Sequence record: DRR723986_3079
Length of the DNA: 55,415 nt
Strand: one strand, 5' to 3'
Both the position numbers and the translations under genes were made by a program. Shown piece by piece: positions 1 to 8,782 of this stretch (positions within the stretch are counted from its first letter, which is position 1; every line of letters begins with the position of its first letter). The notes below the pieces were generated by a model. The model did not search any database, was not told the DNA's origin, and saw only the letters and a program-made list of their open reading frames with translations.

Positions 1-2
1 CC

Positions 3-209
3 GAAGATCTTCGGGAGGAAATCATTGAAGCCCGAAATCTGGCGGCCAAGCACCGGGCCAACGGCAAGGCATTTGTCGCCCGGAATTTTGAACGGCTCGC
101 CAATCTCAAGGAGCGGTCGCGTAAGGCCGCCTTGAAGGCAGCAGATACCGCCGACCGCAGGGCCGACGAGATGGAAGGAACCTCCAACCAGAAGGAGATG
201 GCAAGTTGA
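3..209 (+). CDS. Phage hypothetical protein, 5' truncated by window edge
   Basis: Open frame EDLREEIIEARNLAAKH...QKEMAS*; TGA (207-209) overlaps the TTG start of the next gene. Confidence 0.6.
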   Translation, partial: EDLREEIIEARNLAAKHRANGKAFVARNFERLANLKERSRKAALKAADTADRRADEMEGTSNQKEMAS

Positions 210-1231
210 ACGCTGATCCGAAAATCGACATCCTGTCGACGCTGGAATCCAACCCCAGCGCAATCTTCACCGATAAGGCCTTTAGCGTTAAGGCACTCGC
301 CGACGCGCTGAAGAAGAAGCACGCCGATGCAGAGGTGGATCTCTCCACCGATAAGGGACGCAAGGCTGTCGCCTCACGTGCCCGGTCTGTCGTCACCGTC
401 AAGACTTCCATCGACAATGCCGGCAAAGAGCTGAACGCCGGTTTGCGCGAGCAGATCAACGCCGTCGACGAGATCCGGCGCCAGGTCAGGACCGACTTGG
501 ATTCACTGCGCGACACCATCCGCAAGCCTCTCGCCGACTGGGAGGCGCAGGAAGAGGCCCGTGTCGCCCAGCACAAGGAGCTAATCGAGAAGATCGTCCA
601 GGCCTCTTACGTCTCGCAGGAAGACACCTCCGAAATCATCGCTGAACGGATTGCTTGGATGGAGGGCCTCGACCTCTCCGAAACGGCCATGCAGGAATTC
701 TCCATGCATGCCAGGGGCAAGCAAGAGTTCGCCTTGAACCAGCTCCGGCCCGCCTTGGTTCGGGCCAAGGAAACCGAAGAGGCCCGCGCCGAACTGGAGA
801 AGCTTCGTAAGCTTCAGGCTGAACAGGCCGAGCGTGAGGCCAAGGCTCAGCAGGAACTCGAAGCCGAGAAGAAGGCAGAGGCTGAAAAGCATGCCGCTGC
901 TGAGGCTGAGGAGCGCCAGAAGCGTGAAGCCGCAGAACAGGCTGCCGCCGCGGCCGAGACTGCTCGCAAAGAGGCCGAGGAGAAGGCTGAGCGCGAGAAA
1001 CGCGAGATCATTGCCGAGCAGGAGCGCAAGGAGCTGCAGCGTCTCGAAAACGAGCGCCGCGAGCAGGAAGAAGCCGAGGCCCGCGCCGAGAACAAACGGC
1101 ATCGCAACAAGATCCACCGTGCCGCAATTCAGGCGTTCCAGGACGCCGGCGATATGGGTGAGCCGCAGGCTCAGAAGATTGTGGCCGCCATCGCAGCGGG
1201 AGCGATCCCGCACGTTTCGATCACTTACTGA
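206..1231 (+). CDS. Phage coiled-coil protein (type often mis-annotated 'TolA')
   Basis: E/A/K/R-rich helical sequence; C-terminus IAAGAIPHVSITY resembles a recurrent phage family; RBS AAGGAG upstream. Confidence 0.7.
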   Translation: MNADPKIDILSTLESNPSAIFTDKAFSVKALADALKKKHADAEVDLSTDKGRKAVASRARSVVTVKTSIDNAGKELNAGLREQINAVDEIRRQVRTDLDSLRDTIRKPLADWEAQEEARVAQHKELIEKIVQASYVSQEDTSEIIAERIAWMEGLDLSETAMQEFSMHARGKQEFALNQLRPALVRAKETEEARAELEKLRKLQAEQAEREAKAQQELEAEKKAEAEKHAAAEAEERQKREAAEQAAAAAETARKEAEEKAEREKREIIAEQERKELQRLENERREQEEAEARAENKRHRNKIHRAAIQAFQDAGDMGEPQAQKIVAAIAAGAIPHVSITY

Positions 1232-1242
1232 GGGCTGGAGCG

Positions 1243-2226
1243 ATGAAGACCATCAAATGGCAAGAGGGCATGCTGATTAAGGAGCCCGGTATCTACGAGG
1301 GTATCCCTCTCTCGGAGTATCACGGAAACCGCGAGCTGTTTGATGGTCCCTCGATCTCGAAAAGCTCCTTGAAATGGCTCCTGCCCTTCCATGGCGGCAG
1401 CCCTAAGGCCTTCTGGGGCCGGTGGAAGTGGAACCCGAACCGGATCGAGCCGAAGGCCTCTGAAGCCCTCAATTTCGGGAAGGCCGTCCACTGTCTCCTC
1501 CTCGGGGACGAGATCTTCAATGAAAACTTTGCGGTTCGTCCCGAACACCGTGTCGAGGACATGGGACTGCCTGAGGCAAAACGCCGGAAATGGAATGCCA
1601 ATGCCAACGACTGCAAGGAATGGCTGGCATTCCACGAAGCGAAGGGCCTTACCATCCTGAACCCTGATCAGATCGCGATGATCGAGAAGATTGCCAAGGA
1701 TGCCGGTCAGTACGATCTGGTCAAACAAGGCATCTTGAACGGGGCGATCGAGCGGACGTTCTGCGTTCGCGATCCCGAAACCGGGATCTGGATTACCACC
1801 CGCCCGGATGCCTGGCCTATGGACGGGATCTATTCCGACCTGAAGACAGCCTCGGACTTCTCTGAAGACTTCTTGGAACGTCAGCTCTTTGACGCCGGAT
1901 ATTACCTTCAAGGCGGGATGACCAAGACCGTTTGCGACCTCCTCGGCCTGAAGTTCGAGGAATTCTATCTGGTCTATGTCCTGAAGGATGATGTCCCCGA
2001 CACCACCCATGTTCCGATCTCGCAGGCCGCCATCGACCGTGGCGAGCGCTCCATCCGCTGGAGCCTAAGGAAGATCCGGGAATGCCTGGATAGCGGGGAC
2101 TGGCCCGGTGCTCGTCCCTTCAATGAGGGCAACCGGCCCATCTTCATGAAGCCGTGGGCCTCCGACAAGGCCGACCAGTTCCTTGATCAGGAAGACCGGG
2201 CTTTTGCAGCCAAGGAGGCAGCATGA
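1243..2226 (+). CDS. RecE/exonuclease VIII-like PD-(D/E)XK nuclease (DUF3799-like)
   Basis: EYH...ISKSSLK, FGKAVHCLLL, RPD...SDLKT and GYYLQ motifs; lies upstream of recT. Confidence 0.85.
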   Translation: MKTIKWQEGMLIKEPGIYEGIPLSEYHGNRELFDGPSISKSSLKWLLPFHGGSPKAFWGRWKWNPNRIEPKASEALNFGKAVHCLLLGDEIFNENFAVRPEHRVEDMGLPEAKRRKWNANANDCKEWLAFHEAKGLTILNPDQIAMIEKIAKDAGQYDLVKQGILNGAIERTFCVRDPETGIWITTRPDAWPMDGIYSDLKTASDFSEDFLERQLFDAGYYLQGGMTKTVCDLLGLKFEEFYLVYVLKDDVPDTTHVPISQAAIDRGERSIRWSLRKIRECLDSGDWPGARPFNEGNRPIFMKPWASDKADQFLDQEDRAFAAKEAA

Positions 2227-2483
2227 CCGTCATCTTCGATCAGGACTTCGCCGAGGTCGATGGACCTCTTGTCATCCTGTCGCTCTCGAAAGGACAGGCT
2301 GAGCAGCTTTCCAACGCGATGTCGGATCTCCTGTGCTGGCACCGTGGCTATGCCGCAGGAAAAGGCGAAGACACCAGCAACTCACCTATGGGCGTTGAGG
2401 ACCTTCGCGAATTCAGGATCGCCTTGAACAAGGCCATCACCGACGCCGAACCGGCAATTGAACTTCCACTGAAAGGGCAATGA
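2223..2483 (+). CDS. Phage hypothetical protein
   Basis: ATGA overlaps at both ends; RBS AAGGAGG. Confidence 0.7.
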   Translation: MTVIFDQDFAEVDGPLVILSLSKGQAEQLSNAMSDLLCWHRGYAAGKGEDTSNSPMGVEDLREFRIALNKAITDAEPAIELPLKGQ

Positions 2484-3541
2484 GCATGAACCAGCAGGTC
2501 GCAATGCAGCAGAAACCACTTCCTGCCCGTGAGGTCGGCATGGCCTCGGGTAACGGATCTCAGGTCGCACCGCAGAACCTTGCAGAGGTGGTCCGGTTTG
2601 CTGAGGTCATGAGCAACGGCGGCATCGCCCTTCCGAAGCACCTCAGGGGCAATCCCGGCACCTGTATGGCGGTCACGCTCCAGGCTCTTCAGTGGGAAAT
2701 GAACCCCTTCGCGGTCGCCCAGAAGTCCTACGAGGTCAACGGGATGATCGCCTACGAGGCGCAGCTCATCGCGGCGGTCGTCAATACGAGGTCCGGCATC
2801 GAGGGGCGTCTGAAGTACCAGTTCGAGGGTTCTGGCGACGATCTTAAATGCAAGGTCACCGGTAAGGTCGACGGCGAGGTCCTCGAATACGAGTCCCCGC
2901 GCAAGGGCGATATCAAGCCGCAGAACTCGCCGCTCTGGAAGACCGATCCCCAGCAACAGCTCGGTTACTATTCCGCTCGGGCCTGGGCTCGCCGGCACAC
3001 CCCCGAGGTTCTCCTCGGTGTCTATGATCGTGACGAGGCTCAGGAGTTCCAAGGTCCTGATCAGGCCAAGGATGTGACCCCGCGCATTCCGCTGACGCAG
3101 CGCCTGGCTGAGGCGAAGTCGGCTGAATCCGGAGAAGGTTTCAACGAGAACCACGTCTTGAATGAGACCTCCTCCGCTCAGGGCAAGGAAATCGATGACG
3201 ACGAATTCGGCGAGGATGCGGGGCAGGCCTCCGCGGACGCCGACGCGCCGGGGGATGACGGTTTGCCCTCCGAAGAAGCCCCCGGCGCAGAAGATCAGGA
3301 CGGTGACCTCTTCCCGGGTGATGTCGAAGAGGGTGACGACGACGGGGACGTTCAAGACGTCGAAGAAGTCGACCCCATCGAGCAATTCGAGGTCGAGCTG
3401 AAGGGATGCTCATCTCCTGAGGAAGTCCAGGCACTGACCGACAAGTTCGTGCCTGTCATCAACCAGATGAGCAAGGAAGACATCGCACGGGCGAACCAAG
3501 CCCGTGGGGCAAGGCTCAATGAACTGAAGGGGGCACAGTGA
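2480..3541 (+). CDS. recT: RecT-family ssDNA annealing protein with acidic C-terminal extension
   Basis: LPKHLRGNPGTCMAV, MNPFAVAQKSY, YEAQL, SPLWKTDPQQQLGY, WARRHTPEVLLGVY. Confidence 0.88.
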   Translation: MSMNQQVAMQQKPLPAREVGMASGNGSQVAPQNLAEVVRFAEVMSNGGIALPKHLRGNPGTCMAVTLQALQWEMNPFAVAQKSYEVNGMIAYEAQLIAAVVNTRSGIEGRLKYQFEGSGDDLKCKVTGKVDGEVLEYESPRKGDIKPQNSPLWKTDPQQQLGYYSARAWARRHTPEVLLGVYDRDEAQEFQGPDQAKDVTPRIPLTQRLAEAKSAESGEGFNENHVLNETSSAQGKEIDDDEFGEDAGQASADADAPGDDGLPSEEAPGAEDQDGDLFPGDVEEGDDDGDVQDVEEVDPIEQFEVELKGCSSPEEVQALTDKFVPVINQMSKEDIARANQARGARLNELKGAQ

Positions 3542-3852
3542 TGAACTCCCTGGCTTCGAAGCATGATTTCAAGCCCAGTCCACATCGCTCGCTGGTGATC
3601 ATGGACGGTCATTCGGAAGCTGGTCGTGTCTACCTTCATGACGGGATCAGGTCGCTAGAGGAATGCGAGGTCATTCAGAACCTCTGGATGGCTTCTTCAG
3701 CGATGCTCTCAGCATTGGAGGCGCTCTGCGAAACCGACGTTGTTTTCCATGGATCTGAGATCCGTATCCCCTGCAAAGACCACGGCGATGCACTCCAGCG
3801 CATGCGGGTTGCCAGATCAGCGGTCATGAAGGCGCGAGGTCAATGGAGATGA
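3538..3852 (+). CDS. Phage hypothetical protein
   Basis: Coupled to recT stop; 'MLSALE...ARSAVMKARG' end is typical of small phage proteins. Confidence 0.6.
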   Translation: MMNSLASKHDFKPSPHRSLVIMDGHSEAGRVYLHDGIRSLEECEVIQNLWMASSAMLSALEALCETDVVFHGSEIRIPCKDHGDALQRMRVARSAVMKARGQWR

Positions 3853-4649
3853 CCGTCCGCCCTATCCTCTTCTCCGCACCCATGGTCCGCGCTCTTCTGG
3901 AAGGAAGGAAGACGCAGACCCGGCGGGTGATGACCAGGGCTCGCGTGTTCGCCACGCCGGAGACGCCAGCATTTACTCTATCCGGTGCTGATATGGAGCG
4001 AGCCCTGCAGAACGCAGATAAATTCCGGCGCCTCGGCGATGATGGTTGGTATTGGGAGTCCGATGCCTTCGAATGGCAAGCTCCTTCTCCGCGCACCGGT
4101 TGGATGGCTCACATCGGTTATGCACCCGGCGATCTGCTCTATGTGCGGGAGGCTCACTACCTGACCGATGACGGTCACGACGAATTTTCTATCCCAGCGA
4201 TCGACACTGATGCGGTTAAGGAACATCTGGCTCTCGTAGAAAGCCTCCCATCCTATTTCGATCCTGGGATTCGCGCAAAACATCGCCGTCTTCGACCTGC
4301 GATGCATATGCCTCGTTGGGCCTCCCGCCTCACCCTAAAGGTGACCGACGTCAAGGTGCAGCGGTTGCAGGATATCACCGAGGAAGATGCTGTCGCGGAA
4401 GGAGTCGAAGAACAGCCTTACGATGGGGATGACGAACGGTTCATTGGCGAAATTGGCTACCGCGATTACCGCGACCATCCGCACAACGTCGTTCCATTTT
4501 GCTTAGCTGAAACGAGTTTCGCTTCTCTCTGGAATAGCCTCAACGAAAAGCGCGGCTTCGGCTGGGATGTGAACCCGTGGGTGGTCGCCCTCACCTTCGA
4601 GGTGCACCGCTGCAACGTCGACTCCTTCGAGAAGGAGAAGGCGGCATGA
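3843..4649 (+). CDS. Phage ASCH-like domain protein
   Basis: RPILFSAPMVRALLEGRKTQTRR, GDLLYVRE, HMPRWASRLTL, RLQDITEEDAVAEG, WDVNPWV. Confidence 0.75.
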   Translation: MEMTVRPILFSAPMVRALLEGRKTQTRRVMTRARVFATPETPAFTLSGADMERALQNADKFRRLGDDGWYWESDAFEWQAPSPRTGWMAHIGYAPGDLLYVREAHYLTDDGHDEFSIPAIDTDAVKEHLALVESLPSYFDPGIRAKHRRLRPAMHMPRWASRLTLKVTDVKVQRLQDITEEDAVAEGVEEQPYDGDDERFIGEIGYRDYRDHPHNVVPFCLAETSFASLWNSLNEKRGFGWDVNPWVVALTFEVHRCNVDSFEKEKAA

Positions 4650-5257
4650 TTTATACCGATTTTCTATCCTTGGATGCGGAGACCACGGATCTGATCAAGC
4701 CCGGTCAGACCATTGAGGCCGAGGACTTCCCTCGCCTGAAGCAAATCGGGATGGTCCAGTTCGACGATCAAGGCAACGTCTTCGGCCGCGAGGAGAAGCT
4801 CGTCGCCTCTGAGGCCTATTCCAAGAGGGGCGCTGAACGCGTCCACGGCATTTCAGACCGTCAGGCTGGCCGTAGAGGTATCCCCGAGCTCAGGGCCTTG
4901 GTCACGATTTATGAGGCCCTGGAGGCCTCTCAGATCATTACGGGCTGGAACATCAAGTTCGACCTCGATGTGATCCGGGCAACCTGCCACCGGCTGAAGC
5001 GGGACCACACCAAGCTTATCCGAGCCGGTCTGCGTGTCGTCGATCTCCAGGAGATCATGATCCCGGTGGTGGATGCCAGGTTCGAGGACGGCGGCCAGAA
5101 GTTCCCGTCCTTGGAACAGGGTTACGAGTTCCTGTTCGGTCAGCCGATCGCGGGTCACCACAACGCGTATCGGGATGCCAAGGCCTGCATGGAGATCTTT
5201 CTGGAGGTCGCACGCCGTGGATTGGTGCCGGATCTGAAACTCAGGGAGGCTGCGTGA
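4646..5257 (+). CDS. DEDDh 3'-5' exonuclease (DnaQ-like)
   Basis: LDAETT, WNIKFD and HNAYRDA motifs; start moved to the ATG at 4646, which overlaps the upstream stop. Confidence 0.85.
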   Translation: MIYTDFLSLDAETTDLIKPGQTIEAEDFPRLKQIGMVQFDDQGNVFGREEKLVASEAYSKRGAERVHGISDRQAGRRGIPELRALVTIYEALEASQIITGWNIKFDLDVIRATCHRLKRDHTKLIRAGLRVVDLQEIMIPVVDARFEDGGQKFPSLEQGYEFLFGQPIAGHHNAYRDAKACMEIFLEVARRGLVPDLKLREAA

Positions 5258-5655
5258 TGAGTTACGAGTTCCACAATCCCTACCGGGCGACGGCGTTCTC
5301 ACACGATCCCTCGGACAAGAGCCAGAAGCGGATCGAGGATGAAAAGCACCTCGCGTTCATCCGCGAGCTGCCGAGCCTCCTCTCCGGCATGGTTCCCTGC
5401 GAGGCCTGCCATGTCCGGTACGGCGATCCCAAACACCGCAAGGCAAAAACACCCAAGGGGCGGAAGCCCGATGATGCCTGGACGGTACCACTGACGTCCG
5501 AGGAGCACCGACTCCAGCACAGCATCAACGAGCTGGTGTTCTGGCAAAGGTCTGGGATCGATCCTCTGGAGATCGCTTATCAGCTCTATCAGGTTTCCGG
5601 TGATCTGGAGCGTGGCCGCGAGATAATCGCAGAAGCGAGGAGGAATCGGAAATGA
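5254..5655 (+). CDS. DUF968-like phage protein
   Basis: HLAFIRELP...EACHVR...KPDDAWTVPL..EHRLQH...E..FW. Confidence 0.7.
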   Translation: MMSYEFHNPYRATAFSHDPSDKSQKRIEDEKHLAFIRELPSLLSGMVPCEACHVRYGDPKHRKAKTPKGRKPDDAWTVPLTSEEHRLQHSINELVFWQRSGIDPLEIAYQLYQVSGDLERGREIIAEARRNRK

Positions 5656-5927
5656 CCGTTGAACCCTTGAGCGATGGCGAAACGATCATGCTCGGGAACA
5701 TCCTGATCATGCTCAAGGAGCCGCTGCAACTCTCCTGCGAGTACACGAACTGGCGTGGGGAAACATCGGTTCGCATGTTCCGCCCGGTGGAGATCTGGTT
5801 CGGAGAGACCGAATTCCATCCCGAACCCGGCTTGATGCTGAAGGCATTCGACCTCGACAAGCAGGCCGAGAGGGATTTCAGGCTGACCGACTTCAACCTT
5901 GCAACACTGCGGAAGGTCGAAGGCTGA
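5652..5927 (+). CDS. Stand-alone WYL-domain protein
   Basis: YTNWRGETSVR...P...LKAFDLDKQAERDFRL fits the WYL pattern. Confidence 0.75.
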   Translation: MTVEPLSDGETIMLGNILIMLKEPLQLSCEYTNWRGETSVRMFRPVEIWFGETEFHPEPGLMLKAFDLDKQAERDFRLTDFNLATLRKVEG

Positions 5928-6283
5928 TGGCAACTCCCCTGCCCCTGCACAAGATCGAAGCCCTGAAGGCTGTCATTGCCGGCGAAATGCTGACATCCGA
6001 ACAGCTCAAGGTGCTTGAGGCTTGCCTCGCCGATTACCGGTTCGTGTTCCGGCTGGGGAACGGGTTCAAGCTGAACCGGGATCACCTCAACGAGCTTATC
6101 CAGCTCGTCCATGACGATGTCCCGTTCATGGTTGGTGAACGTCAGAAACGGGCAATCAGAATTTTGAACGCGGCCGGTGCGAAGGGCTTCCAGACCGAGA
6201 GCTTTTATGCTCGGTCCAGGTTCGACGACAAGCCTGGCCGTGACTTGACTGAAGACGAGATCTGGGAGGCTGTCCACGGATGA
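5927..6283 (+). CDS. Phage hypothetical protein
   Basis: TGATG and ATGA coupling with its neighbours. Confidence 0.65.
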   Translation: MATPLPLHKIEALKAVIAGEMLTSEQLKVLEACLADYRFVFRLGNGFKLNRDHLNELIQLVHDDVPFMVGERQKRAIRILNAAGAKGFQTESFYARSRFDDKPGRDLTEDEIWEAVHG

Positions 6284-6492
6284 ATGCGTTAGCACAACAA
6301 GAGCCTGTCGTGATGCTCAAGCTCGCCGAGGTCATGGATCGGGTGAAGCTCGGTTCGTCGACGATCTATCGGCGCATGGCGGCCGGAACGTTCCCTGCCC
6401 CAGCGAATTTGGGCGGGTCAGTCCGCTGGTACGAGCATGAGATCAACGAGTATCTGCTCAGCTTGCCAAGAGTGAAGGAGCCGAAACCATGA
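6280..6492 (+). CDS. alpA: AlpA-family regulator/excisionase
   Basis: LKLAEVMDRVKLGSSTIYRRMAAGTFPAPANLGGSVRWYEHEI. Confidence 0.9.
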   Translation: MNALAQQEPVVMLKLAEVMDRVKLGSSTIYRRMAAGTFPAPANLGGSVRWYEHEINEYLLSLPRVKEPKP

Positions 6493-6782
6493 ATGACGCA
6501 CTGAAAGCAGAACTCGACAAGCCGCTGAACGGCATCGACCGGTTGCGGTTGTGGGTATCGGACCCGGAGACCTTCGACGCCATCCACACGGATGACGCAG
6601 AGGCCATCATCGAAGAAATCGAGCGGCTAAACACAGATGCCGCCCGTTACAACTGGCTACGGAGCCGTGACCTCGACACGATCAGCCAGGGAGGAGTGTT
6701 CGCTGGGATGACGCCTGAAAACGTTGTCCTTAACGAGGAAGATCTGGACCGCGCAATTGATGCGGCCATGAGCGGAAAATAG
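6489..6782 (+). CDS. Phage hypothetical protein
   Basis: DAARYNWLR...LDRAIDAAM motif common in small phage proteins; ATGA overlap. Confidence 0.7.
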   Translation: MNDALKAELDKPLNGIDRLRLWVSDPETFDAIHTDDAEAIIEEIERLNTDAARYNWLRSRDLDTISQGGVFAGMTPENVVLNEEDLDRAIDAAMSGK

Positions 6783-6920
6783 AGACGTCCAAGAAGCACC
6801 CGCGTCACTGACTGGGCTTGTTTTCGCATGCGGTAATACTTGTATTACGCAATTTCACGGGCAATGAGCGCAACTTAATTTGGCGCCCAGCGTTGTCGAC
6901 GGAAGTTTTCCTCTGTTGAT

Positions 6921-7835
6921 TTATTTTGGCTTAGATAATGTTAGGCGCTCTGGATGTTGAGCATCCCATCCAACCAGACCGAAAAGGCCCATAACAGGCG
7001 GCATCTCGCATTCATCGAGTGAGGAAATCTCTTTCCAATCTGTCCAAACTGCATCGGGATCTAACATTCCTGTCTCAAAGGCGTTAGCGATGACACCACC
7101 ATTTAAATGATCGTTGAAACCTGAAATCTTCGTAATCGGCACGTATCCGAAGAAAAGCGTTCTGGTAACCGTTAAACCCACCCACAATTTAACTGGCACA
7201 TTCATCCCATATCCGTTGTCCATGTGGGTGTCGGCTCCGAATATCTCTAGTTTTTCGTGTCGCCCTGGCTCCGTCGGAAGCTCTCCTTTGTTCCATTGGT
7301 CACTAACAATTTCTAACATTGTGCCGGCGGACGCACCGGACGCATCGTTAACAGTTCGCGTGCACTGAAAATCATCGGGAAACAGAAACGGATAAGGTGC
7401 CTTAGTGCCGAGACCAAAACTTATGGCGGCACTTCTAAAGTCACATGTCACTGGGATTTCGGGGTTTACCTGCCATTTGTGAGCGTCGGTATCAACGGGG
7501 CTGTAAAGTGCAATTTGTAGGCCCCTCGCTCGCTCTTTAGCAGCGCTCGAAAAGCCTGCAGGGCAAACCAATACCCCTTTTTGAGCTCCCACATCATCCA
7601 GAAGTCCGAAGAACTCCTCTACATTCTTCACATCAACCGACTTTTTGTAGTCCTTGCAATCAATGACTATTCGAATTTCGTATTGGCCGATCTGGTCAAT
7701 GACGAGAACATCAACTTGGCGTTTTCGCCCAGATTTTCGACCTTCAAGTCGTTGATCATGTAAAACATTTGAATTGGGCGCTAATTCTTTTTGGATTTTT
7801 GCGACAAGAAGTTCGAGGTCCTTGTAGTCTGGCAT
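6921..7835 (-). CDS. Mrr-like (restriction endonuclease fold) nuclease with unknown C-terminal domain
   Basis: LELLVAKI...RQVDVL...IDCKDY...GVLVCPAGFSSAA; DNA is visibly AT-richer than its flanks. Confidence 0.75.
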   Translation of the reverse strand: MPDYKDLELLVAKIQKELAPNSNVLHDQRLEGRKSGRKRQVDVLVIDQIGQYEIRIVIDCKDYKKSVDVKNVEEFFGLLDDVGAQKGVLVCPAGFSSAAKERARGLQIALYSPVDTDAHKWQVNPEIPVTCDFRSAAISFGLGTKAPYPFLFPDDFQCTRTVNDASGASAGTMLEIVSDQWNKGELPTEPGRHEKLEIFGADTHMDNGYGMNVPVKLWVGLTVTRTLFFGYVPITKISGFNDHLNGGVIANAFETGMLDPDAVWTDWKEISSLDECEMPPVMGLFGLVGWDAQHPERLTLSKPK

Positions 7836-7874
7836 CTCGTTTTCTTTCTTCTTTTTTGCTCGAGCGATTTTCTT

Positions 7875-8105
7875 TTATCTCGGCTGTATTGTGATCTGAC
7901 CAGCTCGCCGACCACACATTGAGCATCTCAACGCTCTCAGGATCCGCTTCTCGCCGATAAACACGTAGCCCTCTCCAAACCTGTCGATGAGCATGTCCAT
8001 GTTGAGCAAGTCAGCATGACCGCAATAGCAGTGGCCGTAAAGCTGGTAGCCGGAGGCTTTCAGGTCGCCCAGAGTCTCCAATGATCGGGAGAACTTGCGC
8101 TCCAT
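7875..8105 (-). CDS. Small Cys-rich (zinc-ribbon-like) protein
   Basis: HCYCGH...LRCSMCG; starts 2 nt after the SRAP stop. Confidence 0.65.
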   Translation of the reverse strand: MERKFSRSLETLGDLKASGYQLYGHCYCGHADLLNMDMLIDRFGEGYVFIGEKRILRALRCSMCGRRAGQITIQPR

Positions 8106-8107
8106 GA

Positions 8108-8782
8108 CTACGCTGACACAGGCTCGATCAGGCTCGGATCGTTGCCGGTCCTGGAGGAATTGACAGCTCGGCCCACGCGGTAGAATTCAAATTCCGATCC
8201 TCTGTTGTGCTTCAGCAGAGCCTTGGCATCGAGGACAGAGGTCTGCGGATCGAGCCATGCGTCGTACTGGTCCTCTTCAAGGACGATGGGCATGCGGGTG
8301 TGCACCTTGTCGATCGGCGAAACGGCCGGAGCTGTCAGAATGGTGAAGGACACCACGTCTACGGTGCTGTTATGCGCCCAGAGTCCTGCGAAGGAAAACG
8401 GGGCCTTTTCCGGCAGAAGTATGTACCAAGGGTCTTTGCCGCCATCTTCGCCCTTGGTCCATTCATACCAGCCGTCGGCCGGCACCAAGCACCGGTGGCC
8501 CTTGTAGGCATCCCGGAAGGCTGGCTTCTTTTCGGCGTCCTCGCTCCGGGCGTTGAACATTGGGTATTTGCTTTGCAGTTCTTTGGCCCAATGAGGCACA
8601 AGCCACCAACGACCCTCAGAAGCTATTTGAGATCCGTTCTTGTCGAGGTGGATGAACGGCACATCCTGTGTCGGCGCGATGTTATATCGAGCGGCTGTAT
8701 TCCGTTCGTGTTGGTCGAGTGTCAGTCGATAAAGCCTGACAATCTCGCGCCAGGGTCTGATTTGGGTAAAGCGGCCGCACAT
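8108..8782 (-). CDS. SOS response-associated peptidase (SRAP/HMCES family)
   Basis: N-terminal MCGRF, RYNIAPTQ, FNARSE, RCLVPADGWYEW, HTRMP; start trimmed to the ATG at 8782. Confidence 0.95.
   Translation of the reverse strand: MCGRFTQIRPWREIVRLYRLTLDQHERNTAARYNIAPTQDVPFIHLDKNGSQIASEGRWWLVPHWAKELQSKYPMFNARSEDAEKKPAFRDAYKGHRCLVPADGWYEWTKGEDGGKDPWYILLPEKAPFSFAGLWAHNSTVDVVSFTILTAPAVSPIDKVHTRMPIVLEEDQYDAWLDPQTSVLDAKALLKHNRGSEFEFYRVGRAVNSSRTGNDPSLIEPVSA

Noticed and set aside
206-1231. Genuine TolA
   Set aside because: No N-terminal TM anchor or tol-pal context; the similarity is low-complexity only
2210-5257. Repeated C-terminal 'EAA/KAA' ends of phage proteins as a degron or motif
   Set aside because: Explained by the overlapping RBS plus ATGA of the next gene
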